Counted from the whole stretch's first letter, positions 35,129 to 48,459 are shown. The stretch is 63,850 bases of DNA, filler included, from Folioceros fuciformis (GCA_049999805.1; 12 parts of 12 records of this genome joined end to end with filler, not necessarily neighbours in it); one strand, 5' to 3'. Program-made: numbers and translations. The notes: a model not told the origin generated them from the letters alone.

Positions 35129-36411
35129 ACCCAAAGACAAAAAAGGCAAGAAGACCACAATAAGCCCCACCATTGGGTCTGAAGTAGAGGCTTCCGCGAG
35201 ACTACATCCAACCCAAATAGGGCTGATTGTTTCTTGATCCTAAGATTAGCACTAGGAAAAATCCTTTGCAGCCATCTGCCCACCTCCCTCCAGATTTCCT
35301 GAGCGAAGTTGCACAGAAAGAATATGTGCTGACTTTTGTTCGGGGCACCTGAGGTGCACAATTGACAAAACTCCTCTTTCGTTGCAACTAATAGCCCATC
35401 CCATCGATCCGCATTAGGTAAACATGCTTGAAAAAAACACCAAACCGTAGTCCTCACCTTGGGAGGGATACCTATAGACTTCCATAGAAGCTTGATAGCT
35501 TCCTTTTGTCGCTGCACCAACAGCTGCAACCTTGGAGCCATTGGCTGTCGTTGCTTGATTTTCTGCGCTCACCATCCAGAGGAATATGTCCGCCGTTGGG
35601 AAGTTGAAGAAAGATCGAAAGGTAGCCTCCTTGCACCCTGGACGCCTAGGCCATTTGTAGAGGTTTGGTCCTAAAGTCAATTCCCAATTTTCCACCAATC
35701 GAAACCAGCACCGAACCATAGACTTGTTCGAGGGTAGAGGCCCACTAGGGCATTCATCATGAGTGCACCATCGCCCTGCTCGAACGGACTTAGAGAGAAC
35801 TGTGATGGCCCGCAACTCCCTTCTTCGGACTTCACCATCATCCCAATCCTGATCTTCCAAAAGTCCTTCAAGCGACATAACCTTGAATGTCCGCAACTGT
35901 TCCTTGTCCGCCGTACCTGAAAGCCAAACAAACTTGTCTAATTCTAGGGAATCCTCATGTTCGTCCTCCTCAGAGTCAACTCCCTTACTGTCCATGGAGT
36001 ATGCATACCACCCCTCAACGCCTATGCTAGGATGATGCCTTAAAACCTGTTGCACCTTATTCTCTAACCCCTCGCGCAGCCATGAAAATATGAATATGAC
36101 ATGTCGAGTTGCTAACCCAAACTCCCTCTTGACCTCCTCCACCTCCCACCCTTTCAACGGGACTCTGATCTACTCCATAAGTGACCAAGCAGGATAACTC
36201 CCTTTCGACACGCCAACCCAAAAATTTGTGACCGATATACCCTTGACCTGAACTCCTGAGCCCACAGCCTCACGAATCCTTGCAAAGGGTGGTCGAGAGC
36301 TTTGCTCCATGGCTGGTGGTGAGGGGAATGAATGAGCAATTTTTGCTGACAACGGAAGGGGGGCTTAAGGATTAGCATGGGGCATGTCTGGAGCTTGCTC
36401 GTAACGCCTGC
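35129..36411 (-). mobile_element. L1 LINE ORF2 C-terminal region (zf-RVT)
   Basis: PPKVRTTVW...LP...CQLC......SQHIFFLCNFAQEIW; homologous to 49369-51502. Confidence 0.85.
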
Positions 36412-37432
36412 TGTGACGTCCAAAAGCTCCTCCCTCTCTCATTCCTTGAACTATCGGATGTGATATGAGATTCCGAGTGTCGAAATGTGTGTATGGAGAG
36501 AGTGATTGCAGATTTGGTGAAGAGGAAGTGTAAGTGTGCTGAGAAGAGAAGGAGAGAAGGGTGGCTTGGCACTGAACGCAATGCGAGGTATGAGGTAAGA
36601 GAGGAGAAGTGTGGTTGATCACTAAACGTGATGCGAGGTGAGAGGTAGGAGATTGAGATTGAGGAGAAGAACTAACTGCAACTAATTGAAAGGATTGAGG
36701 AAGATTGTGGAAGATTGCTGGAGATTGAAGAGGATTGCTGAGAGATTGAGGGAGATTGTGCAAGATTGCTTGGAGATTGAAGATAATTTATGGAAGATTT
36801 CTAAAAGATTTCTTGGCATTTGTGGGAGATTGAGGGAGATTGTGGAGGATTGCTGAGGGATTGCAAGAGATTTGTAGACATTGTTGGAGGATTGAAGACA
36901 TTTGGAATCAGGCCTGTGAGAAACAAGTGTGAACCAGAGCTCTTGTGTGTTTTGCATGTGTGGAGAGTCTTGCATGTGCGTGTGAGGGAGTGTGGGTGAT
37001 CTACGGGGTCTTGTTTCCCTAGGATTGACATTTGCATGTGTGAAGGGCATCCAATAAGACCAGATCTGTGAGTCTAGAAGCCCTTGGGGCAGCAAACCGT
37101 GGTAGAAACCCGTGGTGGCGTATGCACCGGAAAAATATTAGTTAGGGTTTTGGGTGGGTCCCACCACGGTTGCGGAAACAGCAACCGCGGTCGTGAAGTG
37201 GGAACTAGAATCGTAGAGTAGGGTCTGCGGCAGCTGGACTAAATAGGGGTAGTAGTAATTTAGCTGGTAGGTAATAGGGGTGGTAGTAGGTGAGTCTTGA
37301 CTTAGGTAAGGGTCAGTAGTTAGCGTTCCTTGGCACAAATCATTCTCTTGGGAACGAATCATACAACTACAACAACAATAGAGGGTGAATGTGAACCTCA
37401 CGGTGTCTTTGGACACAAGGTTTCACTCCATA
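36412..37432. repeat. Probable LTR (family C) with an internal GAGATTG-rich degenerate array at about 36650-36900
   Basis: Starts TGTGAC; the last ~110 bp are clearly similar to 58240-58343 (ends CACTCCATA vs CACTCCACA); no TSD found. Confidence 0.55.
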
Positions 37433-38750
37433 GCACTATTGGCTACTGAGCCCGAGAAATCTCATTCTAGAGCTCCTCAATTGTGGCATAGGCTGCCTTT
37501 ACTTGATTCGCCAGAGCTTCCTGCTGAAAAGCCATGACCTTTAGCTTCTCCTGGCCTTGCTGAGCAATTTCTCACAACCCCACTTATGGTCTTCTCCTTC
37601 TTTTTTCCTGCCTTCAATTTCTTCCAGTTTCTCCTTAAGCAGCTTCTCCTGTTGCTCCTACATGCTGAGCCAGGTGAGTGCTATTGCAGCATGGTTAAAA
37701 AGGTCCACCTAGGTCTTGGCCATAGCTAAAGTTAGCCCATGCAAATTGTTAATTTAGGCTGCTCCGGTGCCCCATCTTCTTCCGTAGCCACTCCTGTAGT
37801 CGTGATGGGTTTTCGGCTCTCACTCTAATTGGGCAGTCCAAGAGGATATCCCCAAAAATGTTCTTCCACTCCTCAGAGGTTTCCGCTACCAACACTAACC
37901 CTTCTCCTCCTGCAACTAACTCATTAAACCTCCGCGTTTCATCCTTCAGCGCCTCGGAGTTGTTAGCTTGCTTTTTCCCTTTGTCTTGTCTTCCTTGCGG
38001 CTCCATTGTTGCCTTCGATCTGGTGACATGGAACGGGGTCGCCACCTCCTGCTCTCCTGCAATTGTCTTTCCTTTCTTAGCCGCACCCCGCCCCGCTAGC
38101 TGGCTCTTCCTCTTTCTACCCTTCGCGACCTCCCCCTCTAAGTCCTTTGGTGACTAGGGCTCCCAGCTACTAGAGTCCTCTCCAGAAGCCTCCTTGGGTT
38201 CCTCCTCCTCCACCTTGACTTCCCTAACCGGCTTTCAGCTATGAAGGGAGGACACAATCTCAAGCTCGGTTAGACACTTGAAATGCGCAAAAACATGGAC
38301 CAGGAAGGGTGAGATGAGGGACGGGCGAGGGAAGGCAGCTAATAAATTTGTTCTCTCTTTACAGGCTTGTTTAAAAATAGTTCTACCCCAATCCACCTAT
38401 GAACCCGTAACTACCTCATGGAGAAAGACCAAGAAGTGGTCCACCATGTGATGCAGCTTCTCGCTCTAGAGGAAGCTGTGGAGGCAAAACCCCGGGCACT
38501 GATTGCCGACGGGTTCCAACTTAAGTGGCCACACTTATCCCACTGTCGTTGAGACATTGGGTTCCGTTCCCACAAAGGAGCGATGGGGTTCCTTGCTGTT
38601 GTGGATGGAGGGTTGGACTCAATCAACTCGGTGATGGATTCGAGGGCTCCTCTCCAGCTCCAATCAGGCGTAGGACAGGCCTCACTGTCCAGCGGTTAGC
38701 TGTACCTCTCTCGGTGCCCACAAACTCAGTCCAGTCACTACAATGACCTT
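37433..38750 (-). pseudogene. Decayed retroelement accessory-type ORF (VDWG...ISPFL.H motif, then charged and coiled-coil region)
   Basis: VDWGRTIFKQACKE...PSLISPFLVHVFAHFKCLTELEIVSSLHS*KPVREVK; homolog at 58344-59250. Confidence 0.6.
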
Positions 38751-40061
38751 AACCTCTCAGATCTGCGACTTCCCTCACTCACTTCACTCGCTCTCTCACT
38801 CCAGCACCAACACCAGCAACTAACAACGATACCACTACCTTCTACACTTCCCTATTGACTCCTCCTACCCAACAAGAGTCACTAGACCAACCCCAAAGAA
38901 AAGAAAGAAGGGGACACACTCCCCTCTCGGATATCTCCTTCCCACAACCTTACCAGATGCCATGAAACATGACCGGCCTACAGCACTTGTCCAAACATAG
39001 AACAAGAGTGGACAGGTTGAGAGAAAGACACATCCTTTAAAATCAAGAGCTAGGGGCAAGCCCCTTCACCCTGGTCATTACACCTTGTGATCCTACCAGA
39101 CACTGTACAACCGGCAACACGCGGCTTGCGATCCGACCAGACGTTGCACAGTCGGCAACACACTACAGGTCCTAAACCAAGCAGGGACAGACCACAAGAG
39201 CTCATGTAGAGAGTACCTCCAAGAGCTCACGAAGTGACCGACTGACTCCCAAAGTGAATGACTACCTCCTCCTACAGGCTCACCTGATCTTATAGGAGCC
39301 TCTCACTCTTTGACTTCACCTCTCTCTAACTTGACAAATATTATTTTAATAGGACCACTAGCCTAGCCGGCTGTCACTAGCCACTTATTTAGACTTCTAG
39401 CACATCCTGCCACCAATGAGCTGGCCCTACCACCACAAGGATCTACCACCTCTTAGACTATTCTGAGACTTTGGAGGATGTCTAATCTTCAAAAATCTGC
39501 GGACGCCGCCTCTTCCTTGCTCGATGGCCGCCCGCTAAGTCTTCCCCTACAGCTGTTCACCCTTGGTGGCTAGGCCAGCCTCCAAGGGAGGAGCATGAGC
39601 AATGAGAAAGATAGAGAAGAGGTGGAAAGGAGTGGGATCAGTAGCCGGAACTTGGCCTGAAAACGGTAGCTTATTCAGCGGAATCAGCTTCCAGCCAAAA
39701 TGGTTCCTTGGCCATGGGAGACTAACCCTGGGGTGCTGGAATAGGCCCCGAACTAGGAGGAGAAGAAAGCAGGTGAAACAGAGTTGAATTGGAATTTCTG
39801 GAATTAAATCCAGAAAAATAAGGATGAAAATAGAAAAGGGGAAATTAGGAAAATAAAAAGAAAAGAAATACGGGTATATGTATATGTTATGCGTATGGAT
39901 ATGTATATATTATACATATTTAAACCGTATAAAATACAAAGGGGGGGTGTGTGTGTGTGTGNNNNNNNNNNNNNNNNNNNNNNNNNNNNNNNNNNNNNNN
40001 NNNNNTTAATTAATTAANNNNNNNNNNNNNNNNNNNNNNNNNNNNNNNNNNNNNNNNNNNN

Positions 40062-40560
40062 CCACCCTGATCATCCTATTTAATCTAGCCTTATATAACA
40101 TAGTTTCCTAATTACCTCTCCAAGGAATTCTATCAAAACTCCAAGAAAAACAAATACCACCCATTTTCTAAGAGTCCTATCTACCATGTGGTCTCCACAC
40201 CCTATAATTGACATTTATTCCCTCACGAATCTCCATGTAGATGGTGTGATCAAGATCCTCATGTAGAAAAAGTTGTCTTGATGTCAAGTTGCATTAACTT
40301 ATAATCGTGGTGAGATGCTAAAGCTAAGAGAATCCTATGTGAGGTTATCTTGAGTATGGGATGAAAAGTTTCATCGTAGTCAAAACCATACTTATGAGAA
40401 TATCCCTTTGCCATTAGTCTAGCTTTGTATCTTTTTATGCTACCATCTGTATTTAACTTAATCTTAAAAGTCCACTTGCAACCCACTAATTTTCTATCGT
40501 TAAATAGGCTAGTTAAGGTCTAGGTCTTATTAGCTTTTCAATCACCTATCTTACAAAATT
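40062..40560 (-). mobile_element. Old copia RT fragment
   Basis: GCKWTFKIK...RYKARLMAKGY...QLDIKT. Confidence 0.8.
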
Positions 40561-40672
40561 TATAGCCAATTAAGGCATGAAATAACCACAACTTTTGTCC
40601 TTCCCCTCTCTTCAAGATATAACTACTTTCAGTGCCTTGGTGTAACACCTCTAGCATCTTTGGCTTTTGCAA

Positions 40673-40762
40673 GCAGGTTGCAGCCTTCCAAGTTAGCATG
40701 TTGCAGCCTTCCAAGTTAGCAGGTTGCAGCCTTCCAAGTTAGCAGGTTGAAGCCTTCCAAGT
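40673..40762. repeat. 23-bp tandem repeat, 4 copies
   Basis: GCAGGTTGCAGCCTTCCAAGTTA. Confidence 0.92.
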
Positions 40763-41041
40763 CTGTTTCCTTTTTGGAGAATCTTCAAAGTCATTGTCCA
40801 ATTTGAGTAAATGGCCTTGAAATGTGGACAATGCATCATTAGCACATTTTCGTGCTTGCAACTATTTAACTTGGAGAAGCAACATAGTTTTGTTGCATGA
40901 GTATGCTCAAGCAAGGAAGCATTACTGTGCACCATTCCCTACACTTCTTTCCACATATTTTCCAAGCTCTAGTATGAAGCAATTAACAAATATTGGATTG
41001 GATTGGTGTAGACCAATTGCTATAATAAACAATCACATTAT

Positions 41042-42410
41042 TGATAAAGAGAATATTACAATAAGAGCACTATGTTAAAGTGGCTCACTCAACTTAAGTT
41101 GTTGTGAAGAGACATAACCTTCCATTAAGGGACATGACTCTTAATGAAGGGGCAATTAAAATGATAATCATAATAACCCTGTACACACATACTATAAATG
41201 CTAACATTACTAAAACCTAATAAATCAGCACCTATTCTCATCACTCCCACTTGCCCATTATTATGGGTCGGTCAGTCTTCTCCTTCGCGAATAGCCTGTG
41301 GAGACTCTGAGTTCAGCTAGGCTTCTTGCTTGAGCGTGTGTGTGTACCCTGTGTGGCATAGGCTCCCAATGGAGCGGGACAGTTTGAAGTTAGCTCTGTA
41401 TAGGTTTGCTATTTTAGTAGCTCTTGTTTACGCCCCATGCCTTATAGCGGCTAGGCTCATAGGGCACAGCCTCAACACCTCAAAGAACATGGCGTCTTCA
41501 GGATCTGAGGAAAGCGCGTCTTCTACGAAGTGGCGTTTTTACCAACGGAATCAGTTCGGGCGCTTCCCAGCAGTGGCAGCTAGAGCAACTGCCTTTGTGG
41601 AAGGCGCAAGAGCGCATCAATCTGCACAAACAGCAAGATAGAGTACAAGGAGAGCAAGCAGCTCAGGACGGCCGTGAGGGACACCTCGAGGCACCACCAG
41701 GGCTGTGCTTGAAGCAAGACGCCAGGAACCTGCATCAGGGACAGCAGCAGTGACGGCGGCTACTGCATCTTCTCATCATACCCGCTTGACTTCAGGCTTC
41801 AAGACTGGTCAATCTACAGCGGCTGCGCAACAGCCTCAATCCCGCACAACGCCGACTGCTTCCATGGGAGGTCTGAGGGATAGGTCCAGTGAAGAAGTCC
41901 ATTCAAGGGCTATAGTGGAAAGACGGCGCTACAATCGTGGTGAGTTTGAGTATGCCGATTCTGACCAGCGCCCTCCTGTTCCGCCCTGGTTCCCAATTCC
42001 TGCATGTATGATGTCAGAAACGAGAATCGTAACCCCTGGCAATTGGGAGACACCTGGAAGTCCTCTCTGGTACAGGTGCTCCACTACTGGATTGGTGATG
42101 AAACGAATTGAGCTACAGCTATGTCGGGAATACAAGGATCACATTATCAACGTCTATAGTAAGTCCTCACACCAACTCTCATATGTTCTTCTGCACTTTA
42201 AAAACAGCCAATATAGGCCTATCTACTTTACCTGGAAAGGTCCTAACCCCTTGCTGACCTGTGTCGATTGCCTGTGAACCATACTCCCACTATCCTTCAA
42301 GCAGGGTCTGAAGATAGATTGGAAGAAGAGAATAGTCTTGAAACAAAAGAGAGACTTTCTTATCACGAGAGGAGGAAAAGGTTTTCTCCTCGCGATGAGA
42401 ATGAGACTTT
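41042..42410 (-). mobile_element. 3' part of an element A-like copia (element A2): 3' LTR 41042-41243, PPT, antisense-gene region
   Basis: PPT/LTR junction AAGTGGGAG|TGATGAGA, compared with AGTGGGAG|TGATGAAA in element A; truncated by the insertion at 42411; its own pol is not in the window. Confidence 0.75.
41489..42410 (+). pseudogene. Antisense accessory gene of element A2, homolog of 829-2219
   Basis: Track ORFs 41330-41641 and 41705-42277 share one frame, broken by TAG 41639 and TGA 41675. Domain 41981-42157 aligns with 1869-2045. Phase-1 donor GTAAGT at 42159; probable acceptor at 42304. Confidence 0.72.
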
Positions 42411-44380
42411 TGTTAAAATCCTAGCAGTAGGATTGCATCTAATCTAGCATGATTAGGATTGCATCTAGTCTAACATGATCAAGGTGCAATGCTCAGAGAG
42501 ATATTTCGTGTTAGTCTCTAAAAAGTGTATACAAAGTGTGTCTTAAATAGTATCACTAGGTGTCTCTTCCGAAGAGGCACACCCGTTTGTAATTATTAAC
42601 TACTATTAATTACGGTCTACGGTAACTAGCTAGTCAACAGGGTTACGGGCAGATTATCCATTCCATAACACTCTCTCTTAAGCTGAATGTAACCTGACAA
42701 GTGATGGAGGCTATCTCCCATGGAGTGCGACACTCCTCTTTGATATGCTCCCTCTGAAGGCTAATGAGAGCCCGTACATGCCGCCTTGAGGCACGGCACT
42801 GAAGGGGCACAGGTCAGGATTTCTAGTCCTGAAAAGGTAGCATGACCCTCTTGAAGCAAGCATCTTAAGGTGGCCTTGCTTCAGCGGCTAAGTCATGGAG
42901 ACCAGGTTCTTGCCCATTTATGGGACTAGGAGCACAGGCTCCAAGGTAAGCACCGAACCGTCCTCGAGGGGAAATTCGCAAGTGCCTTGTCCCATGATTG
43001 GTAGGTTGGATCTACTCTATTCGTCACCAAGTAACACCCTTTCCTTGAGAGGACGAGTATCCAGCTTGGTGAATAGAGTACGATTGTTGCATATGTGGGC
43101 AGTGGCTCTACTGTCGAGATACCACCCCGCATCCTGATGCAACTGGGTGTTGAGGCAAGTCGTAAGTATCTTTACGGTTCTTGTCTCCACTGTGTTGGCG
43201 TTCCGCTTAACACCAATACTCGCTACCTGTCACAAGTCAGCCTTCTGCGGCTCTCCGGCCTCTTTCTTGCTGCACTCTTGTGCCCAATGGCCGGCAGCTC
43301 CGCACCAATTGCAGTTTCCAGCTCGGCAAGGAGGGGCAACAGTTGAATCAGCTTTAGGGGTGAAGTTTGCCTCGCCCTTCAAATTCCTCCCGAGTTTGAG
43401 GCGAGTGGAAAGCGCCCTGTCTGCTTTGGGCTTGGACCCTCCTGCAGAACATAAGTGGCTCTGCTCCTGCTGATACAGAGCACCGTTGATGTCCTCCACT
43501 GTTAGGGTGGGGGCGGTACCTGCCTTACCCTAAGTTGATACCAACATCAGGCTGGTAACAAAATTGTGGTAAGACGGTGGTAAGCTCATTAGCAGCTGTG
43601 CAGCGGCATCGGTCTCCGACATGGTTGAGCCAAGGGAGGCGAGCTGCCCTCGCAGCTGTGTGAACTTCAAGGTGTGAGCAGAGATCGTATCTGTCTCCTT
43701 CATCCTTAAGGAGTTGAATTCCTGCCTTATACTATACAAGGTTAGAACATTGCTAACATTGTAGGTGTTAAACAACTGGTCCCAGATGGCAGATGCATCT
43801 GAGAGAAATTCAACACTAGGCACAAGACTTGAATCCAGGCCGCTGATCAAGAGTGCCACAACTATCCCATTCAAATAGTCCCATCTCTCAACGACGGCGA
43901 CTGGCGGGGGGTGGAGTGGCAGAAGGGTCGGGCTTTGGAAGGGTGCCGTCGACGATCTTCCAAATGCCTCGGCCAATAAGGATTGACTTCATCCGAACGC
44001 GCCACACAGGGTAGTGTTGGCCGTTAAATCAGTCTTTCTCTCTAATGTGGTCGGTGAAGACGGGAATTGAGCCGGTGGAGGGAGTACTAGCCATGGTAGC
44101 CAATGGCATAAGCGAAAGGGTTGTATAAGTTGATTCACCATGTCTCCGTAAGTTGTGGTCATAGGACATCAAGTTGAGTCCTCATCATGGGCTGTTGGTG
44201 TGGCAGGTGAACGAAAAAACAAGGGGTCCAGAGATGCCGGTCGCTCTGTCGGGGAGACGGGCTCGATCTTCACCTATGGGCAGAGTTCGCCTACCTGGTT
44301 GTTTGTAAATGCAGCAAGTGTGGGGCCTCCAAGATAGGTTGAGGTGTGAGGGCGGGTTTGAAACTGAACCGGTTCAAAGG
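42411..44380 (-). mobile_element. Gag-protease-only copia derivative (TR-GAG-like): 3' LTR 42411-42670, PPT 42671-42680
   Basis: Gag from ATG 44094 (EKD*FNGQHYPVW..RMK), CNWCGAAGHWAQEC, protease WYLDSRATAHIC, then PPT TAAGAGAGAG and a TGTTA...TAACA LTR; no INT, RT or RH. Confidence 0.8.
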
Positions 44381-44480
44381 NNNNNNNNNNNNNNNNNNNN
44401 NNNNNNNNNNNNNNNNNNNNNNNNTTAATTAATTAANNNNNNNNNNNNNNNNNNNNNNNNNNNNNNNNNNNNNNNNNNNN

Positions 44481-47400
44481 AAGGACTCGAGGGTCAGGGA
44501 GGCACTCGCTGCTTCCTCCTTCCTCCTTGTCCCGATCTCTAGTACACCCCAAACCCCGAAGCCCAAGGTGGACTTTGGGTATAAACACCCTGGTCTTACT
44601 CGCTTACTAAGCCGATTCGCCTGTCCCTTCACAAAAGGAATCACAACCTGCTCATTCTGTCGCTCAAAATGGGGATTCCGAAAGTTTTTTTCGTTCACAG
44701 TCGATCTAGATGCTGTGGAGGACATGGAGTTGGCTCCAGGGAACAAGGTCAAGGTGTCCAAGTAACTCACACCCAAGGAGAAGGTTGGTTTGAAGGCACT
44801 ATTGACTGAATACTTGGATGTGTTTGCCTTCAAGGCGACGGATAACAGGTGTTCCGGAGGAGCTCGGTGTTCATAGGATAGATCTCAAGGAGGGAAGCAC
44901 ACCGGTTTGGGTGAAGCAATACCGACTGAACCCAAAGTACTCCATGGTTGTCAAGGAGCAGTTGGGTCAGTACTTGGAGGCTGGAGTCATCTATCTTGTC
45001 CTAACTAGTGAGTGGGTAGCTTCAATTGTGGTGGTGCCTAAGAAGCAAGCTGGCAAGGTGAGGGTTTGCCGGGACTTCAGGAAGCTCAATGAGGCGACCA
45101 AGAAAGACCATCATCCACTCCCTTTCATGGACAGTGTGCTGGACATAGTTGCTGGACATGAGATGGATAGTTTCCTAGATGGGTATTCAGGTTACAATCA
45201 AATCACACTGCGGGAGGAGGATCGTGACAAGACAACTTTCACAACAGATTGGGGGACCTACGCCTACACCAAGCTGCCTTTTGGGCTCTGCAACGCTCCA
45301 ACAACTTTCTAGTGGGTGGTGAATACCATTTTCAAGGAGTTCCTTCGGAAGTTCATGGATGTGTTCTTGGATGACTTTTGTGTCTTTGGGAGGAGGGCCC
45401 TACACTTGGAACAACTGAGGAAGTGCTTATAGAGGTGTAGGGAGACTAACCTCAAGTTGCATCCGGGGAAGTGTTTCTTTTGCATGACGGAGGGTATCTT
45501 GCTAGCCCATAGAGTTTCAGCTAGGGGGTTGCAAGTCGACATGGAAAAGGTTAAGATCATCTCGGAGATGGATGCACCTCAGAGCATGAGACAGGTTAGA
45601 GCCTTCATTGGGTTGGTGGGCTACTACAAGAGATTCATCAAGGATTTCGCTAAGAAGGCTGCAGCTTTGACCCAGCTTACAAAGAAGGATGTGTCGTATG
45701 AGTGTACCTCGGAGAGGGAGGAAGCGTTTCAGGATTTGAAGAGGAGTTTGGTGGCAGCACCCACATTGAGCCCACCAAATTGGGAGAAGACCTTTCATGT
45801 GTATGTAGATGTGTCAGCCTATGATATAGGGGCCATCCTCAGCCAACAAGATGACAAGAAGAGGGATCACCCTATCTTCTATGCTGGAAGGCAACTCACG
45901 GATGTAGAGAGGAACTACTCCACAACGGAGAGAGAGGCTTTGGGCATCATCTACTCTTGTAAGAAGTTCCGTCACTACCTTCTAGCTTGCAAGGTAGTGT
46001 TTCATGTGGACCACTTTGCTTTGAAGTATCTTGTGAACAAGCCTAACCTATCGGGGAGGATCGCTAGGTGGATTCTCTTGCTGCAAGAGTTTGATTTTGA
46101 GGTGGAAACTAGGGCGAGGAAGAGTCATGTCAATGCTGACTTTGTTTCTAGGCTCAAAACCAAAAGGAAGGTTAGAGAAATGGATGACAGGTTCCTGATG
46201 AGGAGCTGATTGCTGCTATACATACGGTAGAAGAGGGAGAGTTCGATGAACAGGTTGCCAGTGAGGGAGGAGGAACCTCTACAAGGGTTGAGAGCAGCCA
46301 GAAGGTCAGCCAGGCTCGGAGGAAGAGAAGCCGCCGTAGCGACAGGTTGGGAAGGCCTTGTGCTAGGTAGTTGCTACCAGTTGAGGTGAGGAGATTTCTG
46401 GAGTTTGGAATCATGCTAGCTGGATTGAGCCACGAGGGTAGGGCAATGTTCTTGCACAAGACAGGCCCATATTGTTTGAAGCAAGGGGTCTTGTACAAAC
46501 TAGGTCCGGATGGTAAGGTGAGGCGTTGTTTGGAGGTGAATGAAGGTGCTTTGGTGATCGAAGCTTTGCATGTGGAAGAGGCGGGAGGCCACTATTCAGT
46601 CCGCATTACCATCAACAAGATCTTGGATACAGGGTTTTGGTGGGCTACCATGCAGAGGGACGTGTGGGAGTTTGTAAGGAGGTGTAATGCTTGTCAAAGG
46701 GTAGGGAGATCCACATTGACAACCAGGTGGCTGTTGACCTACATTCTGCCATTGGTTCTGTTCGAGAAGTGGGGGATCGATTTTGTAGGGCCAATTCGTC
46801 CACCTACTCGCTGGACAAGGAAGCAATACATCTTAGTGGCGACGGACTACTGCACCAAGATGGTGGAGGCAGAGGCTACCCGACGGGATGATGCCCCAAC
46901 AATGGCCAAATTCCTGTTTGAGAACATCATCACACGCTATGGATGTCCGTTGGAGTTGGTCAGTGACAGGGGGACACATTTTCTCAATGAAGTCATCATT
47001 GCCTTGACCACCTACTTCAACATCCGTCACAGGAAGACCACTCCTTACAATCCGAAGGCGAAGGGGTTGACAGAGAAGACCAATGGTCTTTCGGGGACTA
47101 TCTTGATCAAGGTGACTGTGACTCACATGTATGATTGGGACACCAAGTTGCATTCAGCACTTTGGGCTTACAGGACAACAAAAAAATCGCCACGAAGAGG
47201 ACTCCATACTACTTGACCTCTGGTATGTCGCCTATTCTTCCCATTGAGTTTGAGATTCCCACTCACCGTGCTATGGAGGAGGCTAGGCTGCCGGTAAAGG
47301 AAAGCCAAGAAGCTAGGTTGGAAGCTTTCATTACCTACGAGGAGGACTGAGAAGAAGCCTTGGAGGAGACTCACCGGATACAAGAGCAAAGGAAAACCCG

Positions 47401-47623
47401 CCATGATGGTAGTTTGAGGAAGAGGAGACCATCCTACAGGGGGATTTGGTCCTACTACATGACAGTAGGTACATGGATTTCCCAGGTAAGTTGAGGTTGA
47501 GGTGGATGGGTCCTTACAAGGTGGAGGAAGTGTTTGAGAATGGGTCTGTCCAATTGAGGGTATTGGATGGTGATTTGTTGCCAACTAGGGTCAATGGTTG
47601 GCAAGTCAAGAAGTACTATCAGT
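44481..47623 (+). mobile_element. Degenerate non-chromovirus (Athila/Phygy-like) gypsy pol: RT, RH, INT
   Basis: DGYSGYNQI, VFLDDF, YSTTEREAL, WGIDFVGP, GKLRLRWMGPY. Confidence 0.93.
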
Positions 47624-47723
47624 NNNNNNNNNNNNNNNNNNNNNNNNNNNNNNNNNNNNNNNNNNNNTTAATTAATTAANNNNNNNNNNNNNNNNNNNNN
47701 NNNNNNNNNNNNNNNNNNNNNNN

Positions 47724-48459
47724 CCCCACTGCATGACGATAACGTACGTCCAGCATGTCTTTCTTTTCATGTTCAGTTTCAGGGCACTGCAATCGAGTAA
47801 GTTTGAGGCCTGTAGAATAAAGTGTCGATGCAGGTCGAGCTTGATCAAGGTTGAATTTCCGTAAAATCTCATTTATATATTGAAACTGGTGTATGATCAA
47901 CTTGCCTTCTGATCTAACCCTGAGTAACTGTATGCCCAAGCAGAAACGCAATTCGCCAATGTCCTTCATATCAAACCGAGCAATGAGCTTTTGTTTGACA
48001 TGGGATAACAAGTCCTGATCATTGGTGGCCAAGATAACGTTGGCGACATAAAGTGCCAAGACGACCATAGAGTGACCCTTGGTAAGCTTATAAACATTTG
48101 TGTCTACTGGATCTTGTATAAAGCCGATACTAATTAAATACTGGTGCATGGTGATATACCATACACGCCCACTCTGCTTTAAACCGTAAAGACATTTTAA
48201 AAGCTTAAGAACTTTATGTGGGTATTGCTGATCCTCGTATGCTTCTGGCTGTAGCATGTAGAGTTCATAATCAAGTTTGCCATACAGATAGGTTGTGCAC
48301 ACGTCCATCTGCTGAAGGTCTAAGTCGAATTCAGCAGCATAAGCCAAGAGTATCCTTATGGATTGGGATCTGACTACTGGAGAAAATATCTCTTGGTAAT
48401 CAATACCCTCTACCTGTGTAAAGCCACGCGCAACTAAGCGTGCCTTGTAACGTGCAACT
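47724..48459 (-). mobile_element. Dead copia RT fragment
   Basis: YKARLVARGF, QMDV, LYGLKQSGR; catalytic YVDD replaced by YVAN. Confidence 0.88.

Noticed and set aside
40673-40762. Direct-repeat arrays (also 232-313, 11308-11560, 55968-56116) as CRISPR-like
   Set aside because: Head-to-tail units with no unique spacers, no cas genes, eukaryotic context.
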